This document shows positions 24,110 through 37,400 of a DNA stretch of 64,000 bases, in pieces. Made by a program: the position numbers and the translations under genes. The notes beneath the pieces are model-generated. The model made no database searches. It had not been told where the DNA came from and saw nothing but the letters and a program-made list of their open reading frames with translations. Origin of the DNA: Eledone cirrhosa (Eukaryota); NCBI GenBank assembly GCA_964016885.1, contig OZ024742.1:247442001-247506000 (forward strand), written 5' to 3'. Position 1 is the stretch's first letter, and every line of letters begins with the position of its first letter.

Positions 24110-24406
24110 TCGGAGATCAGAGAGTCACTACATGTAGTGATTCACTAGATGTAGTGAAATCAAGCCCCGATACTATGGACATATGGTTAGAATGTCCCAG
24201 GAAAGAATCACTGGAAAGATTTTACGTGCAAAACCAACCGGCAGGAGACCCAGGGGTAGACCCCGAGCAAGATGGTTAGATAACACCCATAAGCTTGGCT
24301 GGTCTCGCTTCGGGATTCAGTCGGTTGCTAGTGACAGGATGTGCAGGAAGCAGTGTTTGAAGACTCTGCCCCACGACCATCTAAGGAATAATTGGACGAA
24401 GAAGAA
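24110..24406 (+). mobile_element. RTE-like LINE 3' fragment
   Basis: GHMVRMSQERITGKILRAKPTGRRPRGRPRARWLD, the RTE C-terminal G-R-RGRP---W motif. Confidence 0.75.
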
Positions 24407-25116
24407 TATACATATATATATATATATATATATACAGCTTCAGATTTTAAAAACGAACAGAGATATAGTTACAAAGGCTTATTAGATTTACGGTTGTTGG
24501 AAATGTAAAAGTAATGCTTTAACGAAAGAGTAAAGGTAGAATGATGCACAGGTTAGAAGGTTGAACCTCTGCGATTGTTTGATTGAGTGTGTGCTTAGGG
24601 GTGTAGAAAAATATTCATATAAACACTATGTATACATAAATGTATATATATATATAGCTTATGCATATGCATATCTATATATATATATACACAATCGCAG
24701 ACATATATACGTGCTCAAGCACACACACATATGCAGGCACGCCCATACCCACCCACACGCACACACACGCACATATATATACATGTGTATATATATATAG
24801 GAAAACACAAAAGAATCTAATAAAAAAGAATGGCTTGATATGTTATCGTAAATATTTTAATACAAGTTTAAACTACACAAATTACTCTTTGATATGACAA
24901 TGTGTCACAAAAGTCATTATTTTGAATAGCAATAAGTACACCAAAATAGATAGTAACTTCTAAGATTCACTGAACTTATGTGCAATACATCTACGCGTTT
25001 ATCTGTCTTTTTTTCACTTACTCTCTCTCCCTCCCTCTCTTTCTCTCTCTGTCTCTCTGTCTACCACTCTCTTTCGCTCTCTTCCTCTCTGTTCGCTATG
25101 TCTGTCTTATTAGGAA

Positions 25117-26037
25117 CTAGCAGTAAAGCCCGGCGTTGCTCGGGGCTGCTCAGTAGCTGTTAAAGTTACAATGTGAAGTTCCTTTCTTGGATTTAAAAAT
25201 GTAGAGTCTACAGTGTAGACTTTCATGCGGTACTTTTGATTAACATTCCCTCAACCAACAGCATGCCTTTTGAAGTTAAGAAAACATAACCATAACCCGA
25301 ATGTTAAAACAACAAAGGATGCTGGGGATAAAAACTACACTGGTAATCTATTAACAAAAATCAAAAATGTAAACACTGCAACACTTGTCTAAGAGAAAAA
25401 CATCAGTGTAACCAAACTATCAGTTATTTTGAAACAAAGAAATTGGATGGACATGAAAAACAAAACAAAAAATGCGTAATCTGTCTGTCGTTTAAAATGA
25501 TTGCTTCTAAATAAAAATCTCATAAGGCTTTATTCGAGATCAATGCTTTTTTTACAAAATATTTGCTTGCTTTACAGTGTATTCAAATAAGCTTGTTTTC
25601 AAGTAAAAATATTGTTTTAAAAGGCTTTTTACTGGAAATGAAGCAAAATGTAAACTTAATGTTGAAACTTTGAACTCATGAATTTTGCAGGTTAAAATTT
25701 TGCTGGTCCGAAAAATGTTCGCGTATTTTTGTACTTTTGCACGCTTCGTTTATTCGTAACATAAATAGATAGACAGAATGACGCCATAAAAGCGAAATAA
25801 CTCGTCTCTCATCTCTATTTATACATTTGAACTGAAAAATCAATACATTACAAATTCTATTTTTGCACTTGGTGTGGGTCGATTTGAACATTTTGTTGAC
25901 CGATGTCTCCGCCGGACCTTCATCTATAAGTGTAGCAATTTCACCGAAATTTGAACGTACGGTTTAGGAGGAGATGTGTGCCGACCGTTTTAATAGACAG
26001 ACAGACAGACAGACAACCTCAGTTTTGTATATATAGA
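25117..26037 (-). mobile_element. non-autonomous Helitron with both termini
   Basis: Minus strand starts A|TCTATATATACAAAACTGAGGTTGTCTGTCTGTC and ends CCGAGCAACGCCGGGCTTTACTGCTAG|T (subterminal hairpin + CTAG, A/T target). Confidence 0.85.
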
Positions 26038-26373
26038 TTAACGTCCAAACAAACAGAACTTCCTTTTATTAACGTGTGTATATTCTTAATCTCTGCCACA
26101 TTCTCTTTTACTATTCCTTCGTCTTGTTTAATCAATACGTTAAGGTTCGCCGATATCTTTTTAGTTGCACCTCATGGGTTAGTAGTAATTGTTCTTCTAT
26201 TTGTAAGTAGTCGTTATGACTGTCGTATTGTCCTTTGTCCATTTCTTACTGTCAATTCTGCACTAGAGCCAGTGGTATCAATCTTAAAACATTGAAACAA
26301 TGTATCTGTAGAGGTCGACTGATGTGGTGAAACTGTTTGTATTCGTTCATTCGTTCATTTTCCTGGCTTCGTT

Positions 26374-26442
<69 letters not shown>

Positions 26443-26614
26443 GTGTGTGTATGTGTATATATGTGTGTGTTTGTGTGTGAATAGGGCCATTGTGGAACAG
26501 CTCTGTTCGAAAGAAACATAGATCCATTATATTTTATTCATTTTATTAAATAACATTCATACAGCTGACTCTTTTATTCAGTTTTTCTAATATTGTCTAA
26601 CACATAACATCCAA

Positions 26615-26770
26615 TATGGGCGCAGGCATGGCAATGTGGTTAAGGAATTTATTTGCTAACGACTTGGTTCCAGTTCATCCCCATTGTGTGGCACCTTGCG
26701 TAAGTGTTTTCAATGATACCTCGGACGTCCCATCGACTTATGAGTGTAATTTTCTAGTCAGAAAATCGGA
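26615..26770 (+). mobile_element. second tRNA-SINE family (S2), degenerate; minus-strand copy at ~63340-63500
   Basis: GGCGCAGGCATGGCAATGTGGTTAAG..CCCATTGTGTGGCACCTTG; 63400-63480 matches in reverse. Confidence 0.6.
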
Positions 26771-27549
26771 TTTAATTGACTAATATCATTTGTGTCGGTG
26801 ATTTTCTTGCGGACGCCAATTGTTGAGGACAGTACACATGACCCGAAGGTCAGAGTAGGGTCCAATGCATTAAAAGACACCTCGGCGGAAGCCACAATTA
26901 TCAGCAGACGAAGTGAAGCATATGATACGCTCAAGTATTCGGCCACTGTCAGACTGGTAAATCGTCTGGACATGGGGGTCAAATGTACGAAGTTTAACAT
27001 GTCAGATTTATCTGCTCTTGCATTGTTTGATGTCTACCACAATTGACAGCAGATTGGGACCATTGCCAGAGTTGTGTAATGAAGCTTTGAATTTCTTTGC
27101 GGATTTAAATGAATCAATATGTGTTAAAATAAGGGTTAAAGTACTGGCAGTGAAGCTGTGAAATATACGTATCACCTAAGAAGAAACACTTAGATTGTTT
27201 TGAAGAAACAGAGTGATATAAATAGAAATAATTCATTTCATCAATATATGTTGACGTTGTTTGATGTGGAGAAACAAGATATACAATTGGGGATATAACA
27301 ACAACATCAACATGACCAGATGAAAGAAGAAATCAAACTATAAAAATGTAGACAAATTGATTAGCTGTTGTCACTGACCACATCAAGAGTAATGTCGGCC
27401 ATAAATCATGACTGCAATATAAATATGACCCCCAATTAGAGACATCGTTAAAGATAGCAATGTGATACAACGAACCAACGAAGGAAGATTTACGTGGAAA
27501 CTGCATCTGATAGAAATAGCAGACACATCTCTCTCAAATTAACACTCTA

Positions 27550-28005
27550 CCGGCTTTTAATGATGGTTTCTGATTTAGACACGAAACTAACAATTTTGTG
27601 GTTGGTGAAATCGATCCCATGATGCTTTATATTATCGAGCACGTTAGGATGAAAGGCAAAGCTGACTTGATGGGATTTGAACTCAGAAGGTAATGGGCTG
27701 TAACTACATGCCACAAACCCTATAGTCTGACGCCCTTCCGGTACTGCCAATCTTTCGCCCTTACCGGCTTTTAATAATGATTTCTAGTATACGCACAAGG
27801 CCAGTTATTTTTTTTTTGTGGGGGGGGGGGAATAGATTGAATCGACCCCAGTACGTTACTGGTGCTTTATATTATCGACCCCGTAAGGAAGAAAGGCAAA
27901 GTTAACCTCTGCGGGATTTGAACTCAGACCTTAACGGACCGTAACTCTATGCGACCCTCTACCGATACTTCCAATCCACCGCCCTTACCGGCTTTTAATA
28001 ATGGA
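27550..28005 (-). mobile_element. two tandem S1 SINE copies
   Basis: Each unit is bounded by CCGGCTTTTAAT.ATG (27550, 27766, 27988). Confidence 0.8.
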
Positions 28006-28009
28006 AATA

Positions 28010-31000
28010 TCCATTCACTCATTCATTTACTGCCATTCTACCTTCCTGTGTCTCCCCCTCCATGCAGCCCCTTTTCGCTCTCGTTTTCTGGCACCTTCAT
28101 ATATATAGGTGAGCTATGCTGCCCTCTTACCGGCACTTTCCCTTCCACCCACACACGTAAGCCACCCACCCCTGATGCCACTCTGTGTCCCAGTCACCGC
28201 ACCCACACCCCATCCCCCACCCCTCCAAATCGACACCTGCAGCAATTGCGGCACCACTAAAAAACGGAAGAGGGGCCGGAACTGTTTGGGGTGCGGCTGC
28301 TTCAACCACCTCAGCTGCGTTGGCTTGACTCGTCGAGCTTCCAACGCTCTCGCAGCGTGGAGGTGCCAGAGCTGCCTCTTCACCACGTCTTCCCAGCCAC
28401 GGCCGTTTGGCACACCACCAATGGGACTGCGAGCTTGCTTGACGCCCAAGCCTCGCTGGTCAACATCGCTCGGCTCAGGCGGCTCCGGTAGATCCCACTC
28501 AGGATCCCGATAGCGGCACGGGTGCCGGTAGCCGATGCCCTCGCTTCCTCGATTGAGAGCCCCCTGGACTCCAATCTAGCCAGTGATTGGGAGCGGCTGT
28601 TCTATTTCGCCCCACTCGACCTCGGCCGCCCCAGCTCTGGCGCTGACCTGGGAGGCCAGTCAACAGCAGCCTTCGTCAAGGCCAATGTCGCATCATTTGG
28701 GCGAGTGCCCATTCAAAGCATGCCCAGGGACGCCACACACCCCACCCTCAGGTACCCCCTATCCGCCACCCCAAGGCCAGCGCCAAGCGTTTGCGTGACC
28801 AGGTAAACGCAAAGCTTATCATGGGTGATGTGTCGGCCGCAGTTGGAGTTGTTGCCTCAAAGGACACTGTTCTCCAACCCACCGAGGAGGTCCTGGCTGC
28901 TCTGCGGCTCAAACACCCTGAACCACCCACTGATCTCAGACCCATGCCCCCACCCGACCCCACCTGCTCCTTGTGGCTACTAATGTAGATATCATGTCCG
29001 CTATCAGGTCCTTCTCAGCTAGCAGCTGCGGAGGTGTTGATGGTCTCCGACCAGGCAACCTCAAGGCGTTGACATCCCACCTCTCCGCTGAGGCCGGGCG
29101 CTGCCTTCTGAGTGCAATTGTGGCGCTCACCAATATTCTCATTCATGGTGCCCTCAACCCTTACGCTTGAGGCCAGTTTTTTTCGGCCAGTCTCACCACT
29201 CTCAGGAAGAAAGAGGGTGGCATACGCCCCATTGCTGTGGGCGTCACACACAAACTGGGTGAGGAGTTTAGTCCGGTGCAACTGGGTGTCGGCGTGTCCG
29301 GTGACTGTGAGGGAGCCGTTTATGCAATCAGGTAGTTCTTCAGCAGCTGCCCATCGGTACCGGCATCCAGGGACTCCAGGCACCTCATTGTCAAGCTTGA
29401 CAAGAGGAATGCCTTTAACTCTTTACGCCGGATCATCTGCTCGAGGCCTGCCTCAGCCGAGCCCCCTCTGCATACCCGCTGGCCTACCTGTTATATGGAG
29501 CCCCGAGCATGCTCTTAGCTGCTGATACGGTCATACCCTCGGCTACTGGGGTCCATCAAGGTGAAACTTTGGGACCCCTCCTGTTCGCCCTTGGTATTGA
29601 CCACATCGCCCGGAGTATCTCGGCCCCTCTTAAGGTTTGGCATCTGGATGATGCTACGTTGGGCAGGCCCGTACGGACGGTCTGCCAAGACTTTCAATCG
29701 GTGATTCCTGCCCTGGCGGGAATCGGCCACCAGGTCGACTTGGCCAAGTGGGAGGTGGTGAACGTCAGCCTCGATGCTGCGAGCTTTGCAGCCACCATCT
29801 TTGACGTGCGGTCCATTCTCCGCCAGGTTCAGGTGACGCCTAAAGAGGAAGTCCTCATCCTCGGGTCACCGATCCACCCGCCAGCCATCCGCTCCACCAT
29901 CAGGTCCAGGCTTCAACAGCTCCAGACTCTCACGAACCGACTGGGCTTGATTGACGGCCACCCAGCTCTCTTTCTGCGGAGAAACTGCTTCGCCATGCCG
30001 AAGCTCCTCTATACACTCCGCTGCGCTCCATGCTACACCCAGACATCTCTCCTCGCTGACCTCGATACTTGTATCCGAGCAGTAGCCGAGGGGATATGCA
30101 ACGTCAAGTTTGACGACATAGGGTGGCAACAGGCCACTTTACCGGTCAGGTATGGCGGCCTTGGCTTCCGGTCCCCGATCTCACTAGCTTTGCCGGCGTA
30201 TCTTTCGTCGGTAACCTCGTGCCGCGTCCTCGTCAGCAGGGTTCTTCAAAACACAACAGAACCCTCTGTGTTCAGAGAACATGAGGCCGCCTGTGAGACG
30301 TCGGACCGGCTAGGACTTGGCCCAGTAGACGTCCCTCCTCCTTCTCCCCCTGTTGACGTCAAGTCCCCCTAACGCACTTGGGATGCCATCCAGTGCAGCC
30401 TGGCCTCAGACAGGCTCACGCGCCAGCTCGAACAGCACCGCCTTGCTTATTTTCGTGCGGCCTCTAAACCACACAGTGGTGCCTGGCTCCATGCCCTGCC
30501 CTCCTTCTCCACTGGCACGCAGCTAGACAACCATAGCCTGCGAATCGGCGTTTCCCTGAGGCTCGGCCTCCGGATCTGCCAGCCACACCAATTTCGTTGC
30601 CTTTCCACCGTGGACTCTTTCGCCCTCCACCTGCTTTCCGATCGCCACAGTGCCGGCCGCATTCCACGCCATGCTGCCCTCAACGAGGTCATTAAGCATG
30701 GTTTGGACGCTGCAGGCTTACCTTCCAGCTCGAGCCGGTGGGGCTGGATCGAGGGGACGGCAAAAGGCCAGATAGCATGACCATCTTCCCGTTCCGCGGT
30801 GGCAAACCCCTCGTCTGGGATACCACTTGCACTGACACTTTCTGCAGCCGCAACCTGGTGCAGTCTGCGACTGACCCAGGTTCTGCTGCACGTCGGGCTG
30901 AGGGGGCCAAACTCCTCAAATACCAGTCGCTCTCCGACAGGTTTGCGGTCGTTCCCCTGGCAGTGGAGACTTCTGGTGTCCTCGGTCCCAGGGCAACCTC

Positions 31001-31200
31001 CTTACTCACCACCATAGGCGCTGAGCTGGCCAGCCGCAGGTGTGAGCCCCGCGAGTTGGAGTGGCTTTTCCAGCGCGTCTCCCATGCCGTCCTCCGAGGA
31101 AACGCCTTCTCCATTCTGTCCGCCAGGGATGCGGGTGGGCCCCATCGCGTACCAATACATTAGTTAAATACCATTCTTTCATATATTAGTAAATGTAGTT
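28010..31200 (+). mobile_element. CRE-clade non-LTR retrotransposon (PHD finger, RT, CCHC remnant, restriction-like endonuclease), frameshifted
   Basis: PHD: CSNC..CLGCGCFNHLSCVGL..WRCQSC. RT: SCGGVDGLRP, GGIRPIAVG, QLGVGV, GVHQGETLGPLLFAL, WHLDDATL, QATLPVRYGGLG. REL: RHAALNEVI, GKRPDSMTIFPF.GGKPLVWDTTCTDT, PLAVETSGVLG, QRVSHAVLRGNA. Markedly GC-rich relative to flanks. Confidence 0.9.
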
Positions 31201-32029
31201 CTACATAACATTAAATTCCCTGAATGGTCTCGACTTGTTCATCCTTGAATATATGTCTACTCGATCGAGGTTGACATGGGGTAAGAACAGAAAGAACAGC
31301 ACCAGCAACAGCGGCAGCAACAAAAGAACACCGAGAGGACGTTTCGTGACTGATTGTGACAGGCACCATCATACCTAAATATATTTTCCAGCTCTCATGA
31401 ACATGACCATGGCTTGTTGCCACAGCAGCCTATCAATGACCATCACTTTCAAGTCAACCGTGTGCGGATTGCCACTGAACGGCTTCCAGTAATCCAAACC
31501 TACAACCTTTAACAGTTATTCATCAACACTGGATATTTTTCCTTTTCATACACCATGACTTTGCTCTTGTTTTAAGTTTCTCTCTAGTCGGAAAAACACA
31601 CAGACTTCCTCTCGACACCAGCACCCTTTACGCAGTGGAACATAATAGATGTGATAGCAGGTGGCTAAAAACTGAAAATATTTAGCCCATGGGTGAAGAC
31701 GAGGTTTATTTGAAGGCAACAGTTATCTGTCTTGTCACAAAGCCTTGTCAAAGGGTATGTACAACTTTATACGTAGACCGAACAGTTCGCCATTAGGCCT
31801 CCGCACCATTATTAATTCAAATCAATATATGAAGCGGAATAAAGTTGCTGAGTTTCTAAGTTGATATCTGCTCCCAGCGGATGCTAGTTTAGAAATAAAT
31901 ACCATTTTTCCAATGGAAACTCAGGCTACCAGAAATAGCAGCCAAATCTTCCTCAGTCCCCATTTAATTATCTAAAGTTACAGGATAATATTGATACTTT
32001 AGTTTATATTACGCTTACTGTACAGCCTA

Positions 32030-32679
32030 TATTACTGCTATATTAAAGCCTATACTACTGTTGTAGTAGTGGCTATACTACTGCTATAGAAGTATATATA
32101 GTATTAGTATAGTTGTATCTATACTACTGTTATAGAAGTGTCTATAGTACTGCTATAGTAGTATCTATACTACTGTTATAGAAGTGTCTAAAGTATTAGT
32201 ATAGTAGTATCTATACTAGCGATATCGTTCAGCCTATACTACTGCTATAGTAGTGTATATACCCGTGCAATAGTACTGTCTATAGTACTGCTTCAGTAGT
32301 ATCTGTACTGCTGCTATGGTAGTGTCTATACTACTGTTATAGTAGTGTCTGTAGTACTGCCATAGTAGAAACTATACTATAACTATAGTAGTATCTATAG
32401 TACGACTTCAGTAGTATATATACTTCTGCTATAGTAGTGTCTATACTACTGTTATAGTAGCGTCTATAGTACTGCTATAGTAGAAACTATACTATAACTA
32501 TAGTAGTATCTATAGTGTTGCTATAGTAGTATCTATAGTACTGCTGTAGTATTGGCTATACTACTGGAATAGTACTGCTGTATCTAGTGATGTTGGCGCT
32601 GTAGTAGATGCTACTGCCAACTTTAATACTCCTGTTACTGTAGAACATATACTACTACTATTACTACTACTACAACTAG

Positions 32680-32720
<41 letters not shown>

Positions 32721-32751
32721 ATACTAATACTGCTACTACTACTACTACTAC

Positions 32752-32783
<32 letters not shown>

Positions 32784-32810
32784 CTGCTACTACTACTACT
32801 ACTAGTACTG

Positions 32811-32864
<54 letters not shown>

Positions 32865-32870
32865 ATACTG

Positions 32871-32911
<41 letters not shown>

Positions 32912-32912
32912 G

Positions 32913-32957
<45 letters not shown>

Positions 32958-33069
32958 TACTACTATACTACTACTACTACTATTACTACTACCACCACAC
33001 CACCACCACCACCACCACCACCACCACCACCACCACCACCACCACCACGCCACCACCACCACCACCACC

Positions 33070-33100
<31 letters not shown>
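32030..33100. repeat. degenerate ~23-bp quasi-palindromic minisatellite followed by (CTA)n/(CTG)n/(CCA)n microsatellites
   Basis: Units like CTATAGTAGTGTCTATACTACTG to ~32570, then pure trinucleotide runs. Confidence 0.85.
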
Positions 33101-33564
33101 AAGCTGATACAACTGTAGTTATTGCAATGTCACAGTTGCAGCTGACAGTATAACATCTTTCACTGCAGCTCTCAGTATTACAGCTGCAATGTATGCACTT
33201 TGTTTTGCCCTGTGTATTGCAGCGCATTATCCACACTCCATTACACACATATATACACATGCTTGGAATGAGTAACATTACTCACAGATACTGACACACA
33301 CACACACACACACCACACACACAAATATACACCCACACAAATTCATACACATATGCATACATACACACACACACACACACAAATATACACTCACACACAT
33401 ACATACACATGTATACATGCATACACACACACACACAAATATACACACACACAAATACCAACCCATATGCATACACACATACACACACACACATGTGGAG
33501 AGAAAACCGCTCCGCACATATACACACCTCCACATACACACACACACATACATACACATACATA

Positions 33565-33607
<43 letters not shown>

Positions 33608-33608
<1 letters not shown>

Positions 33609-33800
33609 TAGGAACCAGTAAGACCCCGACAGCTGAGCTCAAGCCGTTTCGACGGCTAATTCTGGACTAAATTTAGTCCAGAATTAGCCGTCGAAACGGC
33701 TTGAGCTCAGCTGTCGGGGTCTTACTGGTTCCTATTACCCACTCTACTACCTCAAGTGCGTTATGATCCACCTGGTTCCTTACCACATTTCCTTCGTTAT
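33608..33800 (+). mobile_element. hairpin-plus-tail element (family H1) with a perfect 128-bp palindrome
   Basis: 33608-33735 is a spacer-less perfect palindrome centred on CTAAA|TTTAG, followed by a unique tail and (TA)n. Six more copies occur in the window. Confidence 0.85.
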
Positions 33801-33835
33801 ATATATATATATATATATATATACGGTGCCCCAGC

Positions 33836-33866
<31 letters not shown>

Positions 33867-34082
33867 ATGCGTGTGTGTGTGTGTGTGCGTGTGTAAGTGG
33901 CGTTACTTGTTAAGGCCAATAAGTCTTATTCGTCTTAGGAATTATACTTAAAGAAACTAGTGTTGATATAATGATCACCGGCCCAAGGTTAAACTGTTTG
34001 CGATCGAAACGGTTTATGCTTGACCGTCGGGCCTACCCTATAACAATATTTAAACATCTATATATACATCTACATATGTAAC

Positions 34083-34283
34083 AAAGGAATTCTGGTAAGG
34101 AACCAGATGGACCATAAAGCACCAGAGTACTCAATACTTAGGGTAGTAGAGTGGGAAATAGGAAAAAGTATGACCCCGATGGCAGAGTTCAAGCCGTTTC
34201 GATGGCTATTTCTGGACTGTAATAGTCCAGAAATAGCCGTTGAAACGGCTTGAGCTCTGCCGTCGGGGTCATATTTTTTCCTG
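34083..34283 (-). mobile_element. family H1 element
   Basis: Tail 34083-34159 and hairpin 34160-34282. Confidence 0.85.
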
Positions 34284-34489
34284 TACATCTACATGTGTAT
34301 ATACACCGAACGTGAGTTAATGTTCATTGCACTGTAATGGGTTCCCGTGAATAAGGGTGGGAAAGTCAGACGAATTGTAGGGGTTAAAGTTGGGAGGATA
34401 GCTCGGGAAGTTGTCGAATTAGCACCGATGTACCAGGGAAGGATGGCAGAGGTGGAAAAGGGGGAGGCAGATTAACTCACCTGCTTGTC

Positions 34490-37400
34490 TGTTACTTGTC
34501 TGTTTGTTTGTGTGTGTGTGTCAGTGTGTGTATATATTGTGTTTGTGAGTGAGTGTGTATATATTGTTTGTTTGTGTGTGTGTATATATTGTTTGTTTGT
34601 GAGTGAGTGTGTATATATTGTTTGTTTGAGTGTGTGTATATATTGTTTGTTTGTGAGTGAGTGTGTATATATTGTTTGTTTGTGTGTGTGTATATATTGT
34701 TTGTTTGTGAGTGAGTGTGTATATATTGTTTGTGTGTGTGTATATATTGTTTGTTTGTGAGTGAGTGTGTATATATTGTTTGTGTGTGTGTATATATTGT
34801 TTGTTTGTGAGTGAGTGTGTATATATTGTTTGTTTGTGTGTGTGTATATATTGTTTGTTTGTGAGTGAGTGTGTATATATTGTTTGTTTGTGTGTGTGTA
34901 TATATTGTTTATTTGTGTGTGAGTGTGCATATATTGTTTGTTTGTGTGTGTGTATATATTGTTTGTTTGTGTGTGTGTATATATTGTTTGTTTGTGTGTG
35001 AGTGTGTGTATATATTGTTTGTTTGTGAGTGTGTGTGTGTATTGTTTATTTGTGAGTGTGTGTGTGTGTATATATTGTTTATTTGTGAGAGTGTGTATAT
35101 ATTGTGTTTGTGTGAGTGTGTGTATATATTGTTTGTTTGTGTGTGAGTGTGTGTATATATTGTTTGTGTGTGTGTGTGTATATATTGTTTGTGTGTGTGT
35201 GAGTGTGTATATTGTTTGAATGTGTGTGTGTATATCTTGTTTGTGTGTGTGAGTGTATATACTGTTTGTTTGTGTGTGTGTGTGAGTGTGTGCATATATT
35301 GTTTGTGTGTGTGTGTGAATGTATATATTGTTTGTGTGTGTGTGAGTGTGTATATTGTTTGTGTGTGTGTGTGTATATCTTGTTTGTGTGTGTGAGTGTA
35401 TATACTGTTTGTTTGTGTGTGTGAGTGTGTGTATATATAGTTTGTTTGTGTGTGTGTATGTATATATTGTTTGTGTGTGTATGTGAGTGTGTGTATATAT
35501 TTGTGTGTGTATGTGAGTGTGTATATATTGTTTGTGTGTGTGTGTGAATATGTATATTGTTTGTGTGTCTATGTGAGTGTGTGTATATATTGTTTGTTTG
35601 TGTGTGTGTGTGTATATCTTGTTTGTGTGTGTGTGAATGTGTGTATATATATTGTGTGTGTGTGTGTGTATATATTTTTTGTTTGTGTGTGTGTATATCT
35701 TGTTTGTGTGTGTGTGAGTGTGTGTATATATTGTTTGTTTGTGTGTGAGTGTGTGTATATATTGTTTGTGTGTGTGTGTGTATATATATATTGTTTGTGT
35801 GTGTGTGTCTGTGTGTATATGTGTATATATTGTTTGTTTGTGTGTGTGTGTACAGTATATATATTGTTTGTGTGTGTGTCTGTGTGTATATGTGTATATA
35901 TTGTTTGTTTGTGTGTGTGTGTGTATATATTGTTTGTGTGTATATGTGTATATATTGTTTGTTTGTGTGTCTGTGTGTATATATTGTTTGTGTGTGTATG
36001 TGTGTGTATATATTGTGTGTTTGTGTGTGTGTGTATGTTTATCTTGTTTGTTTGTGTATGTGTGTGTATATATTGTTTGTTTGTGTGTGTGTATATTGTG
36101 TGTTTGTGTGTGTGAGTATGCTGTAATTTGCTTGCGTGTGTGTGGATGTATTGTTTTGTGTATGAGAGCGATGTGTGCGAGCGTATGCGCGCGTGAGTGT
36201 CTGTTGTATTTATTGGTGTGTGTATGTGTGTATGTGTGTGTTGTATTTCTTGATATGTTCATGTGTATGTGTGTGTGTGTTGTATTTCTTGGTGTGTGTG
36301 TGTGTGTGTGTGTGTTGTATTTCTTGGTGTGTGTGTGTGTGTGTGTGTTGTATTTCTTGGTGTGTGCGTGTTGTATTGCTTAGTGTGTGTGCGTGTGTGT
36401 ATGTTGTATTTCTTGGTGTGTGTATGTGTGTGTATGATGTATTTCTTGTTGTGTGTATGTGTGTGTGTTGTATTTCTTGTTGTGTGTGTGTGTGTGTGTT
36501 GTATTTCTTGTTGTGTATGTGTGTGTGTTGTATTTCTTAGGGTGTGTATGTGTGTATGTGTGTGTTGTATTTCTCGATATGTTCATGTGTATGTGTGTGT
36601 GTGTTGTATTTCTTGGTGTGTGTGTGTGCGTTGTATTTCTTGGTGTGTGCGTGTTGTATTGTTTAGTGTGTGTGCGTGTGTGTGTATGTTGTATTTCTTG
36701 GTGTGTGTATGTGTGTGTATGATGTATTTCTTGTTGTGTGTATGTGTGTGTGTTGTATTTCTTGTTGTGTGTGTGTGTTGTATTTCTTGTTGTGTGTGTG
36801 TGTGTGTTGTATTTCTTGGGGTGTGTATGTGTGTATGTGTGTGTGTGTATGTATGTATGTGTGTGTGTGTATGTGTATGTGTGTGTGTGTGCGTTATTCG
36901 TATATGTCAGTCTGTAGTGTCTGTACTTGTGCTGTTTGTTCGTATGTGTGTGGACGTGTTTATGTGTGCCCGTGTGTGTGTGTGTTTACATGCTAGTGTA
37001 TATATGTGTGTGTATATGCTAGGCTAAGACGTGTTCATGAATGCGTGTCTTACAAGGTGTATGTGTTGCGCTGTGTGCATGTTGTGTACGTATGTGTGTG
37101 CATGTTGTTTATTTATGTGTGTGCATGTTGTGTATGTATGTGTAGCGCTGTGTGCATGTTGTGTACGTATGTGTGTGCATGTTGTGTATGTACGTGTGTG
37201 CATGTTGTGTATGTACGTGTGTGCGTGCTGTATATGTATGTGTGTGCATGTTGTGTATGTATGTGTAGTGCTGTGTGCATGTTGTGTATGTATGTGCATG
37301 TTGTGTATGTATGTGTGTGCATGTTGTGTATGTACGTGTGTGCATATTGTGTATGTTTGTGTGTGTATATGCTAGGCTAAGACGTGTTCATGAATGCGTA

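Noticed and set aside
26792-27540. Unique-looking 84-aa ORF and downstream sequence
   Set aside because: No recognisable domain and many stops after 27046; probably an old TE remnant.
32952-33278. Cys-rich toxin-like peptide (CNTQGKTKCIHCSCNTESCSERC)
   Set aside because: No signal peptide; wedged between microsatellites; the cysteines come from degenerate TGC/TGT-rich sequence.
34472-36262. 596-aa His/Thr ORF ending at a perfect CAG|GTGAGT donor
   Set aside because: Translation of a CA-rich minisatellite that lacks stops by composition; no partner exon found.
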